A DNA stretch of 63,943 nt, counting the filler. It is 10 parts of 10 records of this genome, joined end to end, with 100 filler letters (N's around TTAATTAATTAA, not from the genome) between each part and the next. Parts side by side here need not be neighbours in the genome. Positions count along the whole stretch, not along the records: positions 48,789 to 52,203 come from SRR20825010_1642; positions 52,304 to 56,785 come from SRR20825010_1651; positions 56,886 to 63,943 come from SRR20825010_1654; 7 more parts are not named here. One strand, written 5' to 3'. The notes beneath the pieces are model-generated. The model worked only from the letters and a program-made list of their open reading frames with translations, had not been told where the DNA came from and searched no databases. The translations under genes and the position numbers were made by a program. Every line of letters begins with the position of its first letter. Position 1 is the first letter of the stretch. Shown one piece after another: positions 50,166-59,569 of the stretch.

Positions 50166-52203
50166 ATGACTTTCGGGAGGTCCCTGATGGGAATTCTAGA
50201 CGGCTTAAGTGGCGGTATTCGCATCCTGGCCCTTGCGACGGTTGCAATCTGCATGGGCAGTGCGTCCCGTGCCGATACAGCAAGCGAAGACGCAAGCACC
50301 TGGCTGGACTATATCCAGCGCCTGCCGAAGCCCCAGGTCGTGACGGATTTCCTTTCACCACGGACCGCGCTCGAATTTCCCGTCTATCCGGGGAACGGCG
50401 CAATTTCCGCACAGAATCCACCGGTCTTTCACTGGCGCTATGACGCCGTGGACACGACCTACGAGGTGGAGATGATCAGTGAGGATGGCAGCCGGATCCA
50501 CCGCCTGACACCCTACAACCACATGATGCTCGACGCGCCGCTGGCAAAGGGGACATGGCGCTGGCGCGCACGGGCCTGGCCTGGCGGCCAACCGGCGGAT
50601 GAATGGAGTACCTGGCGCCAGTTCAGTATTCATCCGAACGCACATACCTTTGTCGCCCCATCGGTTTCAGAGGCATGGGACCGCGCGATCAACAACCGCG
50701 GCCCCCGCAGCCTGCCGCCAAAGGAAGGCTTCAAGCTGTTGCGCAAGGAATTGCGCCAGGGTGAACGCAAGAAGGTCTTCAACAGCGTGCGCCGCACGGT
50801 GGAGGACAAGTGGGTCGGGGACGAACTGACCAAGGAACCCCCGGTCGCCACCTTCGAGGTGGAAGATTTCTACGAGCGCATCCGCGTCGCGCGCTTCATT
50901 GCAGGCGAGGTCAATCGTGCGACCGTCCGGCTGTCCACCATCCTCTACACCTTCTGGCTGACGCGCGATGAACCGTCACTGGCCGAATCCTGGCGACGGG
51001 CGGCAAATCTGCTGTCATGGGATCCGGACCATTCGACGGGCCTGCGGTCGTCAGATCTGTCGAACCTGCGTATCTCCCTGGCGCTGGCGCAGACCTATGA
51101 CATCACCAAGAAATGGCTGAACGACGAACAAAAGGCCGAATTGCTGGCGATGATCGAATATCGCACGCAGGCGGCATTCGACCGATACATCGTGGATCGC
51201 CGCCGCCAGCTGGAGATCAAGCCCTACAACAGCCACGGCTTCCGGCAGGCCGGTGCCATCACCGCCATTTCCATTCTGCTGGCGCGTGATTCATCGCGGG
51301 CCAAGAACTGGTTCTTCCGCACCTATCCGATCTATCTCGCCACCAACAACCCCTGGGGCGGAGACGACGGCGGTTTCGGCAATGGCGTGAACTATGGCGT
51401 CTGGGACGCCATGAACAGCATGCAGTACTGGGACATCATGCGGAACGCGATCGATGTGGACCCGGTGAACATGAGCTGGCCGAAACAGGCCGGAATCTTC
51501 TTCAGCTATCTGATTCCGCCCGGCACACCCGACAGTTCGTTCGGCGATGGCGGGGAGTATGAACGCGCGGACGTCTGGTCCCTGCTGGCGCAGATGTATC
51601 TGCAACGGGTGGATACCCCGATCAGCCGCCGCTTTGCGGCACAATGGAACGACGTCGAGAAGCGCGACGAGTTCTTTGTTCACCTCTATGGCCCGCTGTA
51701 TCAGCCCGTCAAGGCGTTCAATGCGGCCGATCACGTCGAACTGCCCGACACGGCGGTGTTCCCGTCGATAGGCTGGGTGGCGATGCACAGTGAACTGGAC
51801 GACCCGGATCGCTATTCGATCCTGTTCAAGTCCAGTCCCTATGGTTCGTTCAATCATTCCCACGGCGACCAGAACAGTTTCATCATCAATGGCCGCAAAC
51901 AGTCCCTGGCCATCGACAGCGGGTACTACGACACCTGGAAATCCGCCCATCATGAGGGCTGGACCATGCAGACCAAGGCCCATAACGCCATTACCTATGA
52001 CGGTGGTGAGGGCCAGCCGTTTCAGGATCGCGCGGCACAGGGTGATCTGGTGAACTTCGCCCGTTGTGGCGACGTCGACATGGCTGTGGGTGACGCCACC
52101 CCCGCCTATGTGGGCAACCTCAGCCGCGCGGTGCGTACAATGATGTACCTGCGCCCCGACGTGGCCCTGATCTACGATGACCTGGCATCCGACACACCAC
52201 GCC
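50166..52203 (+). CDS. Secreted heparinase II/III-like (DUF4962) polysaccharide lyase (truncated)
   Basis: Signal peptide; QNPPVFHW N-domain; PYNSHG, FGDG, HSHGDQNSF and AHNAIT motifs. Confidence 0.85.
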
Positions 52204-52303
52204 NNNNNNNNNNNNNNNNNNNNNNNNNNNNNNNNNNNNNNNNNNNNTTAATTAATTAANNNNNNNNNNNNNNNNNNNNNNNNNNNNNNNNNNNNNNNNN
52301 NNN

Positions 52304-52648
52304 GTCGAAACCATCATGGATGTCACCGCTGCGACAGTCCGAGTCCAGCTCGCGGCACACGTCTTGGCAGGTCCCGCTTCCGGTCATCGGATCGAGCACG
52401 AGCCGGGGCTTGAAGTAGAGCAGCAGGTCGCGGATCAGGTTGCCGCCGCAGTTGCCCGGGTAGTTTCGCTTCCCGTACGAGCCGGCGTCTGCGTGGTGGT
52501 AGAGGCTGGTGAGTCGCGGCACCGGACTACCAGTGATTGGGGCACGCGGGAGCTTGGCGAACAGTGGCTGCAAGTGGCGTGAACGTCCGGCTATGCGGGC
52601 CGTACACCTGCTGGCGAAGAACGGGTTGATTTGGTGTGATGTAGTCAT
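52304..52648 (-). CDS. Orphan DNA methyltransferase (N4/N6-type), N-terminal part
   Basis: YPGNCGG..IRDLL..F followed by SAM-binding VLDPMTGSGT; AAAGGA RBS; truncated before the catalytic motif. Confidence 0.78.
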
Positions 52649-52705
52649 GTCGAAGTCCTTTCTGTAGATGAGGCGGGCCCGCAGGCCCGCCGGTTGAAGT
52701 TGCGA

Positions 52706-52915
52706 CTAATCCTTCTGCTCGGTGAACAACCGCAGCGAGATGCGGCCATCGAGCGGAACGGCCTCGACCTGGATGTTGAAACCGTTCCCGTCCGCGTGCG
52801 GCCACGCGGAACCGATGCGTGTCCAGATGCCCTTCTTGCCCTCGCGGTCCCTGACCTGATAGGCGATGTGGCTTGGTGTGCGGCTTGTGCCGCCGTTTGT
52901 GTTGGTGTCGTTCAT
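52706..52915 (-). CDS. Small DUF736-like / ssDNA-binding-like protein (69 aa)
   Basis: AYQVRDR...WTRIGSAWPH.DG.GFNIQ...PLDGRI.LR beta-rich pattern typical of mobile elements; AAGGAG RBS. Confidence 0.75.
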   Translation of the reverse strand: MNDTNTNGGTSRTPSHIAYQVRDREGKKGIWTRIGSAWPHADGNGFNIQVEAVPLDGRISLRLFTEQKD

Positions 52916-52939
52916 GTGAAGTCTCCTTGTTTGTGTTGC

Positions 52940-53113
52940 GGGACACGCCTGTCGCGTCCCGATGGCACGCCCTCCGAAGCCGCGGATGTCGGGGCGTAGC
53001 GCACCGGTCAAGCGAAAGGCCGAAGGCTTCCGCTCGCGGAAAGCGGCCTTGGCAGCTTGATCCGGCCCGACCGGGGCTTCATCGTGCTCATCGACCAGAC
53101 GCGAGGCGCTGTC
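52940..53113. promoter_or_regulatory. Long imperfect hairpin, candidate ssDNA (Frpo-like) promoter
   Basis: Seven nested complementary blocks; right arm reads TTGATC-N17-CATCGT with a bubble at the -10 hexamer. Confidence 0.6.
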
Positions 53114-53263
53114 GAGCCACCCGAGACGGAGCGTGTGCGTTCGACACAACTGCTGGCAAGCACACTGCAACCCTCATTGATTCTGGTCGTAGCGCTGCAA
53201 TTGGGAAGAGTGCGCATCACGCGTGTTTACCGAATCGCAAGGTTTCCATGTCAGGATGAGCAG

Positions 53264-55909
53264 ATGCTTCGAGTCACACAGAGCAACAGCAGCGGCAGGG
53301 CCAAGAGCTACTACAGCACCGCCGACTACTACACCGAAGGCCAGGAACTCACCGGGTTCTGGCGCGGCGAGGGTGCGTCCATGCTTGGGCTGACGGGCAC
53401 TGTGGATCAATGCGACTGGGACCGGCTCTGCGACAACTTTCGGCCCGATACCGGCGAACCGCTCACGGTTCGGCGCAAAGACCAGCGCCGCGTCGGTTAC
53501 GACTTCAACTTCCATGTGCCCAAGAGCGTGTCGCTGCTCTACGGGCTGACGCGGGACGATCGCATCCTCGAAGCCTTCCGGGACTCGGTTCGGGCCACGA
53601 TGGAGGACATCGAAACAGAGTCCAAGGCCCGCGTCCGAGTCAGTGGCAAGAACGAGGACCGTGTTACCGGGAATCTCATCTGGGGCGAGTTCACGCACTT
53701 CACCGCTCGTCCTGTGGACGGCCTGCCAGACCCGCACCTGCACGCGCACTGCTTCGTGTTCAACGCGACATTCGACAGGGAAGAGGACCGGTGGAAGGCC
53801 GGGCAGTTCGGCGATCTCAAGCGGGACGCGCCGTACTTCGAGGCGGTGTTCCACTCCAGACTCGCCCGACGGCTCGAAGAGCTGGGGCTCAACACCCAAC
53901 GCACCGCCAAGGGCTGGGAACTCGCCGGGCTCGATCCCGAGACGATGGACAAGTTCTCGCGGCGGACCGCCCGCATCGAGCAGCTCGCCAGCGCCAAGAA
54001 CATCACCGATCCTGATCTCAAGTCAACGCTGGGTGCCCGCACCCGATCGTCCAAGGCCGCCAAACTGACGATGCCGGATCTGGAATCGGCATGGCGGTCA
54101 CGATTGACCGACGCCGAGGCTGAACGTCTTGAGTGGCTCGCCAACCGGATCGGAAAGGACACCATCACCGAGGACGACGCCGCTGCTCGGAGCGCGGTCG
54201 CCCGGACGATGGAACACGCCTTCGAGCGTGCGTCAGTCCTGCCTGAGCGGATGCTGCTCGCCGAAGCCCTCAAACAGGGCATCGGCAAAGCAAGCCGTGA
54301 GTCGATCGAACGGGTCACCGAGCAGCAGGATCTGATTCATGCCGAGCGCAAGGGGCAACGCATGGTTACGACCAAGGCCGTGCTCGAAGAGGAAACGAAG
54401 ATGCTCACTTTCGCCCGGGAGGGGCGGGGTGCCTGCACTCCGATCACGGTGAACCAGAACGTCTTTCACCGTGAATGGCTCAACGACCAGCAGAAGGCTG
54501 CGGTCCGCCATGTGCTCGAATCACGGGACCGCGTCATCCTGGTACGGGGTGCCGCCGGTACGGGCAAGACCACCATGATGCAGGAGGCCCGAGAGGCAAT
54601 CGAGGCGAATGGGCAGCGTGTGCTCGCCTTTGCGCCATCCGCCGGAGCCAGCCGCGGCGTGCTCAGGCAGGAGGGCTTTGAGTCCGCCGACACCGTCTCG
54701 CGTCTGCTCGCTGACCCTGCGATGCAAAGAGACGCGCAGGGCGCTGTCCTCTGGATCGACGAGGCGGGGCTACTCGGCACCAAGACCATGTGGCAGGTCT
54801 TCGATCTGGCAGGGCAGATCGACGCCCGCGTGGTGCTCTCCGGCGACAAACGCCAGCACGGCGCGGTCGAGCGGGGCGCAGCACTCCGGCTGCTCGAAGA
54901 CGAGGCGGGACTACAACCCGCCGAGATCAAGGAGATCCAGCGGCAGAAGGATCGCTATAGGGCCGCGATCAAGGACCTGAGCGATGGCAAGACGAAGCAA
55001 GGCTTCCGCCGTCTCGATGAGCTGGGCTGGATCAGAGAGGTCGATGACGATGATCGCTACCAGGCGATCGCGGAGTCGTACATCGATGCCACTCGGGACG
55101 GCAAGTCTGCGCTCGTTGTCTCTCCGACACACTTCGAGGGCAACCGGATTACCGATGAAATCCGCAGACAGCTTCGATCGCACGGCGCACTTGGCGACGA
55201 CGCCCGCAGCTTCTCCGAACTCATCCCGGCGAACCTGACCCTCGGCCAGAAGCACGACCCGCTCAGCTATCGCCCTAGCGATGTACTCGTGTTCCACCAG
55301 AACGCTTCCGGCCATCGCAAGGGCACTCGATTGATCGTCGGCCAGGACGAGGTTCCGTTCGAGTCCGCAGAGCGGTTCACGGTATTCCACCAGGACCGAA
55401 TCGAGGTCGCAACAGGGGATCGAATCCGCATCACCAAGAATGGAACTACCGCTGACTCCGCGCACCGGCTCAACAACGGCGACCTATTCACCGTCACCGG
55501 GTTCTCCGACGCGGGCGATATCCAACTCAACAACGGATGGACAGTCTCAAGAGACTTCGGCCATATCGCGCATGGCCTCGTCGTGACCAGCCACGCCAGC
55601 CAGGGAAAGACCGTGGACCGGGTCATCATCGGCCAATCGTCGCGTTCATTCCGCGCGTCCTCTCGGGAACAGTTCTACGTCAGCGCCTCGCGCGGACGGC
55701 AGCAGGTGCTTGTCTTCACCGACGACAAAGACGAGTTGCTCCAAGCTGTCAGCCGGAGTGACGAACGCCTGAGCGGCACCGAACTTCTCGCGGGTGTCGA
55801 AGACGCTCATCGCAGGATTATTCAAGAACGGCTCGCCGAGCAGTCCCGCGAGGACGGTGTGCTCGTCGCCGTCGAACACAGCAGAGAAGGAATCGAACAT
55901 GACCGATAG
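53264..55909 (+). CDS. MOBF (TrwC/TraI-type) relaxase-helicase, 881 aa
   Basis: YY(16,17)..DYY(22,23), GYDFNFHVPKSVS, HFTAR..DPHLHAH, FSRR; Walker A GAAGTGKT, IDEAG, GDKRQH and TSHASQGKT. Confidence 0.95.
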   Translation: MLRVTQSNSSGRAKSYYSTADYYTEGQELTGFWRGEGASMLGLTGTVDQCDWDRLCDNFRPDTGEPLTVRRKDQRRVGYDFNFHVPKSVSLLYGLTRDDRILEAFRDSVRATMEDIETESKARVRVSGKNEDRVTGNLIWGEFTHFTARPVDGLPDPHLHAHCFVFNATFDREEDRWKAGQFGDLKRDAPYFEAVFHSRLARRLEELGLNTQRTAKGWELAGLDPETMDKFSRRTARIEQLASAKNITDPDLKSTLGARTRSSKAAKLTMPDLESAWRSRLTDAEAERLEWLANRIGKDTITEDDAAARSAVARTMEHAFERASVLPERMLLAEALKQGIGKASRESIERVTEQQDLIHAERKGQRMVTTKAVLEEETKMLTFAREGRGACTPITVNQNVFHREWLNDQQKAAVRHVLESRDRVILVRGAAGTGKTTMMQEAREAIEANGQRVLAFAPSAGASRGVLRQEGFESADTVSRLLADPAMQRDAQGAVLWIDEAGLLGTKTMWQVFDLAGQIDARVVLSGDKRQHGAVERGAALRLLEDEAGLQPAEIKEIQRQKDRYRAAIKDLSDGKTKQGFRRLDELGWIREVDDDDRYQAIAESYIDATRDGKSALVVSPTHFEGNRITDEIRRQLRSHGALGDDARSFSELIPANLTLGQKHDPLSYRPSDVLVFHQNASGHRKGTRLIVGQDEVPFESAERFTVFHQDRIEVATGDRIRITKNGTTADSAHRLNNGDLFTVTGFSDAGDIQLNNGWTVSRDFGHIAHGLVVTSHASQGKTVDRVIIGQSSRSFRASSREQFYVSASRGRQQVLVFTDDKDELLQAVSRSDERLSGTELLAGVEDAHRRIIQERLAEQSREDGVLVAVEHSREGIEHDR

Positions 55910-56309
55910 TCTGATCGACCGGTACACGAAACGCCCCGCCTCTAACGGAGTGCCTGACGAAGAACATGCAGCACCCGAGGATCTCGGGTGTTTCGGATGG
56001 CTCCGAGGTGTCCGCGACCGCGCCCTCATGCTCGAACTCCGCAAGGCCGATGGTCACATACTCGCCGTCGGCTACGCCTGGATCGAGCGGATCGAACTCG
56101 TGCCCGAAGAGGGCATCATCCTCCATCAGCCGGGTCGGAAAGTTCGCATCAGAGGTTCGGGTCTCAACAGCGATACCGGAAGTCCGGCCAGGCTCTTCGA
56201 CGGGTTGATTCGGCAGCGTGTTCCCTGGGTCCGTGAGTCAGACCGTGCCGAGCAGCTCCGGCAGGATCACGGCCCAGTCATCATCGAATCCATCGCCTGG
56301 GACGAATGA
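55899..56309 (+). CDS. Hypothetical protein coupled to the relaxase gene
   Basis: ATG overlaps the relaxase 3' end by 11 nt, with an AGAAGGA RBS; 136 aa. Confidence 0.8.
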   Translation: MTDSLIDRYTKRPASNGVPDEEHAAPEDLGCFGWLRGVRDRALMLELRKADGHILAVGYAWIERIELVPEEGIILHQPGRKVRIRGSGLNSDTGSPARLFDGLIRQRVPWVRESDRAEQLRQDHGPVIIESIAWDE

Positions 56310-56488
56310 CCCCGCTCGTTGGGGTAGAGGGGTACGGGGAGAGGGGGCTCGTCTCCCCGCATACTTGGAGCGGATTCCAACCGAGACGCGCTCTGCAGCA
56401 AGCACAGTTGGCATCTGGCGCTTTGGCTACCCAGAGAAATGCGCCCCGCCGGCGCGAACCGGCGAGGCGCTGTTGATGCGGACGCGGC

Positions 56489-56731
56489 TCAGGCCGCCGC
56501 CCGCTCGTTGGGCTGCTGACAGATCCATGAATGGGCGAGATCGAGCACCTTGGCGAGGACCAGGAGGTCATCACGCCGGAAACTCGTCGTGCGCTTCCAT
56601 TCATCTTTGTCCCGGTAGATCCGCTGCACGCTTACCGAGTAGTGTGTGCGGCCGTCTTCGGCGGTGTTAGCCCAGATCGCGGCCTTGGTCGTGCCGAGTC
56701 GGACTTCGTGAATAGGCTTGGTCGTGGACAT
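56489..56731 (-). CDS. Small protein, PC4/SpoVG/Whirly-like ssDNA-binding candidate (80 aa)
   Basis: KAAIWAN...YSVSVQRIYRD..EWK.TTSF...DLL.LAK pattern; AAGGAG RBS. The fold is inference. Confidence 0.75.
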   Translation of the reverse strand: MSTTKPIHEVRLGTTKAAIWANTAEDGRTHYSVSVQRIYRDKDEWKRTTSFRRDDLLVLAKVLDLAHSWICQQPNERAAA

Positions 56732-56885
56732 GATTCGGTTCTCCTTGTTGGGGGCCAGTGTTCGGCCCGGTCGCAAGCACCCCGGNNNNNNNNNNNNNNN
56801 NNNNNNNNNNNNNNNNNNNNNNNNNNNNNTTAATTAATTAANNNNNNNNNNNNNNNNNNNNNNNNNNNNNNNNNNNNNNNNNNNN

Positions 56886-59232
56886 TCTTGATACGCTGAC
56901 CGACTACCGGCCCAAAGTACCACTGCGCGTTTTAACGACAGATGGCGTACTGATAGGTGAGTTTGGCGAGGAAAGAAGACGCCCCGTGGATATCACGGAA
57001 GTACCCGTGGTGATGCAACAAGCAATTCTGGCAGCCGAGGACGACCGTTTTTACGAACATGGCGGAATCGACTTCATGGGCGTCGCCCGTGCTTTGGTCA
57101 CCAACGTCACATCGGGCGGGCGCACGCAAGGCGCCAGTACCATCACCATGCAGGTTGCGCGCAACTTTTTTCTGACCCGCGACAAAACCTGGACCCGCAA
57201 GCTTTACGAAGTACTGCTGGCCTACAAAATTGAAGACAACCTGTCCAAAGACGAAATTCTGGAGCTGTACATCAACCAGATTTACCTGGGTCAGCGCTCC
57301 TACGGGTTCCAGTCCGCATCACAGGTGTATTTTGGCAAACCCCTGCGTGAAATCAACGCAGCCGAGGCTGCGATGCTGGCTGGCCTGCCCAAAGCCCCTT
57401 CCGCCTACAATCCCATCGTAAACCCCAGCCGAGCACGCATTCGGCAGGAATACGTGCTGCGTCGAATGCACGATCTGGACTACCTGGACGACCAGCAGTA
57501 TGAAGACGCGTTGAAAACAGAACTGGTGTATCGCAACCGAAAGGTAAACGGCGACGACGTGGAGGCCACCACTGGCTTGACCATCAATGCAGACTACGCC
57601 GCAGAAATGGCCCGCCAGGCCGTGGTTGAAATGTATGGTGAAGAGGCCTACACATCTGGCATCACCGTGACCACCACCCTGATTGCCAAAGAACAACGCG
57701 CTGCCCAGCGCGCATTGCGCAACACCGTCATGGACTATGAACTTCGCCAATTCTTCCGCGGCCCCGAAGGTTTCATTGAACTACCCAACAACCCCAAGGA
57801 AGCCGAAGAAATTATTGGCGACAACATCAGCGATTTCACCGACTACGGCTTTCTGCAAAGCGCAGTGGTGCTATCAGCCAGCCCCACCGAGGTGGTAGTG
57901 TCGCAAGGCGCAGGTGAACCATTGAAGCTGACAGGTGCCAGCTTGAAACCCGCAGAAAGCTGGCTCAATGAACGTGCTCCAGCCAACAAGCGCCTGAAAC
58001 GCGGTGCCGTGGTTCGCATTTTGAAGCGCAAAGACCAGCCTCCCATGTTGACCCAACTGCCGGAAGTAGAGGCTGCCTTCATTGCCATCAACCCGAAGGA
58101 TGGCGCAATCCGCGCACTGTCGGGTGGATTTGAGTTTTCGCGCAACAAATTCAATCACGTCACACAGGCCACGCGCCAGCCAGGTTCAGCTTTCAAGCCG
58201 TTTGTGTATTCCGCAGCACTTGAGAAAGGCATAACGCCCACCACGCTGGTGGCAGACGCACCCATTTTCGTACCCGCAGACACCCCCGGCGGCAAAGACT
58301 GGAGCCCCAAGAACTACGACGGCAAATACGACGGCCCCATGCTGCTTAAAGAAGGCCTGGCCAAGTCCAAAAACATGGTGTCCATCCGCGTACTACAGGA
58401 AATTACACCGCAATACGGCCAGCGTTGGGCCACACAGTTTGGTTTCCCGGCAGCCAATGTGCCACCCTACCTCACCATGGCACTGGGCGCAGTCACCACA
58501 AACCCGCTGCAAATGTCCAGCGCCTTCGCCGTGTTTGCCAATTCAGGCTATCGCGTCAAACCGTACCTGATTGAAAAAATCATCGATGGCAGCGGCCGCA
58601 TCGTTGCCCGCGCGCGCCCTGCAGTTGCAGGCGAGGAAGCCAACCGGGTTATTGATGCACGCAATGCCTTCCTGACCACCCGCCTGTTGCGCGAGGTTAT
58701 TGATCGCGGAACCGCCACACGCGCCAAAGTGCTGAACCGTGGCGACATCGTGGGCAAAACCGGCACCACCAACGACAGCCATGACGCATGGTTTGCTGGC
58801 TACAACAGTGATATTTCAGCAGTGGCCTGGGTGGGTTACGACCAACCCAGAAACCTGGGCGCCCGTGAAACAGGCGGAGGATTGGCCCTGCCAATCTGGA
58901 TCGACTACATGAAAGTAGCACTGGCCGACTTGCCAGAGAAGCCCCAAGCTGTGCCCGCCGGAATCGAATACATTGATGGCAACTACTACTACTCAGAATA
59001 CACACCGGGGTCGGGCGGTATTTCACGAATTGATGTGAATGGCAGCGGGGACGACATACCCAGTCTGTTTGACTTCCTGAAAGGCCTGGGCGGCATGCTG
59101 GAGGGCGGGGGCAACCAGGAACCATCGAGTGGCCGCAGCAACCCCCTGACCGGCGACGGCACCACCCACACCGAACCCACCCGCAAGAAAGATCCGCCCA
59201 AAGATGACATTGAGAGGCTATTCGGAAATTAA
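56886..59232 (+). CDS. mrcA: Penicillin-binding protein 1A (5' truncated)
   Basis: EDDRFYEHGG, GASTITMQ, RQPGSAFK, SKN and KTGT motifs; synteny with cyaY-lptM-lysA. Confidence 0.93.
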
Positions 59233-59242
59233 GCGCTGGTGC

Positions 59243-59569
59243 TTAAAATTTGGGGCAAGCCTGACCAATCTGTCCACTCAGCAGATCAACAAAGTGGGTT
59301 TTGAAGGGTGTCTTGCTGCGGGTGTCCAGCCACTCACCATTTGAATACTGGTAGTGAAAACCACCCGATTTTGCAGCCAGCCACAGTTCGTGGTTGGCCA
59401 CCTGGCTGTTAAGAATCATCTTGCCTTTGTCTTCAAAATCAAGGGTCAATACATTGCCCGAGCGCATTGAATCTGCATCAAGGTCCAGCGTATCGACCAA
59501 GGATTCAATATACTCTTCTACTTGAACCAAGGTGGCATCCACCACCGCCTGGAATTCTGTGTCTGTCAT
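59243..59569 (-). CDS. cyaY: Iron donor protein CyaY (frataxin)
   Basis: MTDTEF.., GNVLTLDF, NSQ...ELWLAAKSGGFHY; AAGGTGA RBS before ATG 59569. Confidence 0.93.
   Translation of the reverse strand: MTDTEFQAVVDATLVQVEEYIESLVDTLDLDADSMRSGNVLTLDFEDKGKMILNSQVANHELWLAAKSGGFHYQYSNGEWLDTRSKTPFKTHFVDLLSGQIGQACPKF

Larger units (their letters stand above)
52304..56785. mobile_element. Fragment of a MOBF mobilisable/conjugative element (plasmid or integrated)
   Basis: Relaxase-helicase, orphan MTase, small DNA-binding-like genes and hairpin-rich intergenic regions; element boundaries not visible. Confidence 0.82.

Noticed and set aside
52706-53263. N-terminal extensions of the relaxase (from 53057) and of the small gene (from 53170)
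   Set aside because: MOBF relaxases begin about 16 residues before the first Tyr pair, and the RBSs support 53264 and 52915. The interval is structured non-coding DNA.
30869-56785. Linking contig 5 (surface proteins) with contig 9 (relaxase) as one planctomycete element
   Set aside because: They are separated by other contigs and spacers; no sequence evidence of a shared genome.
18557-56885. TTAATTAATTAA repeated nine times within N runs
   Set aside because: Artificial six-frame-stop linker joining contigs, not a biological repeat or array. ORFs reading into it (ending in X..LIN) are truncations.
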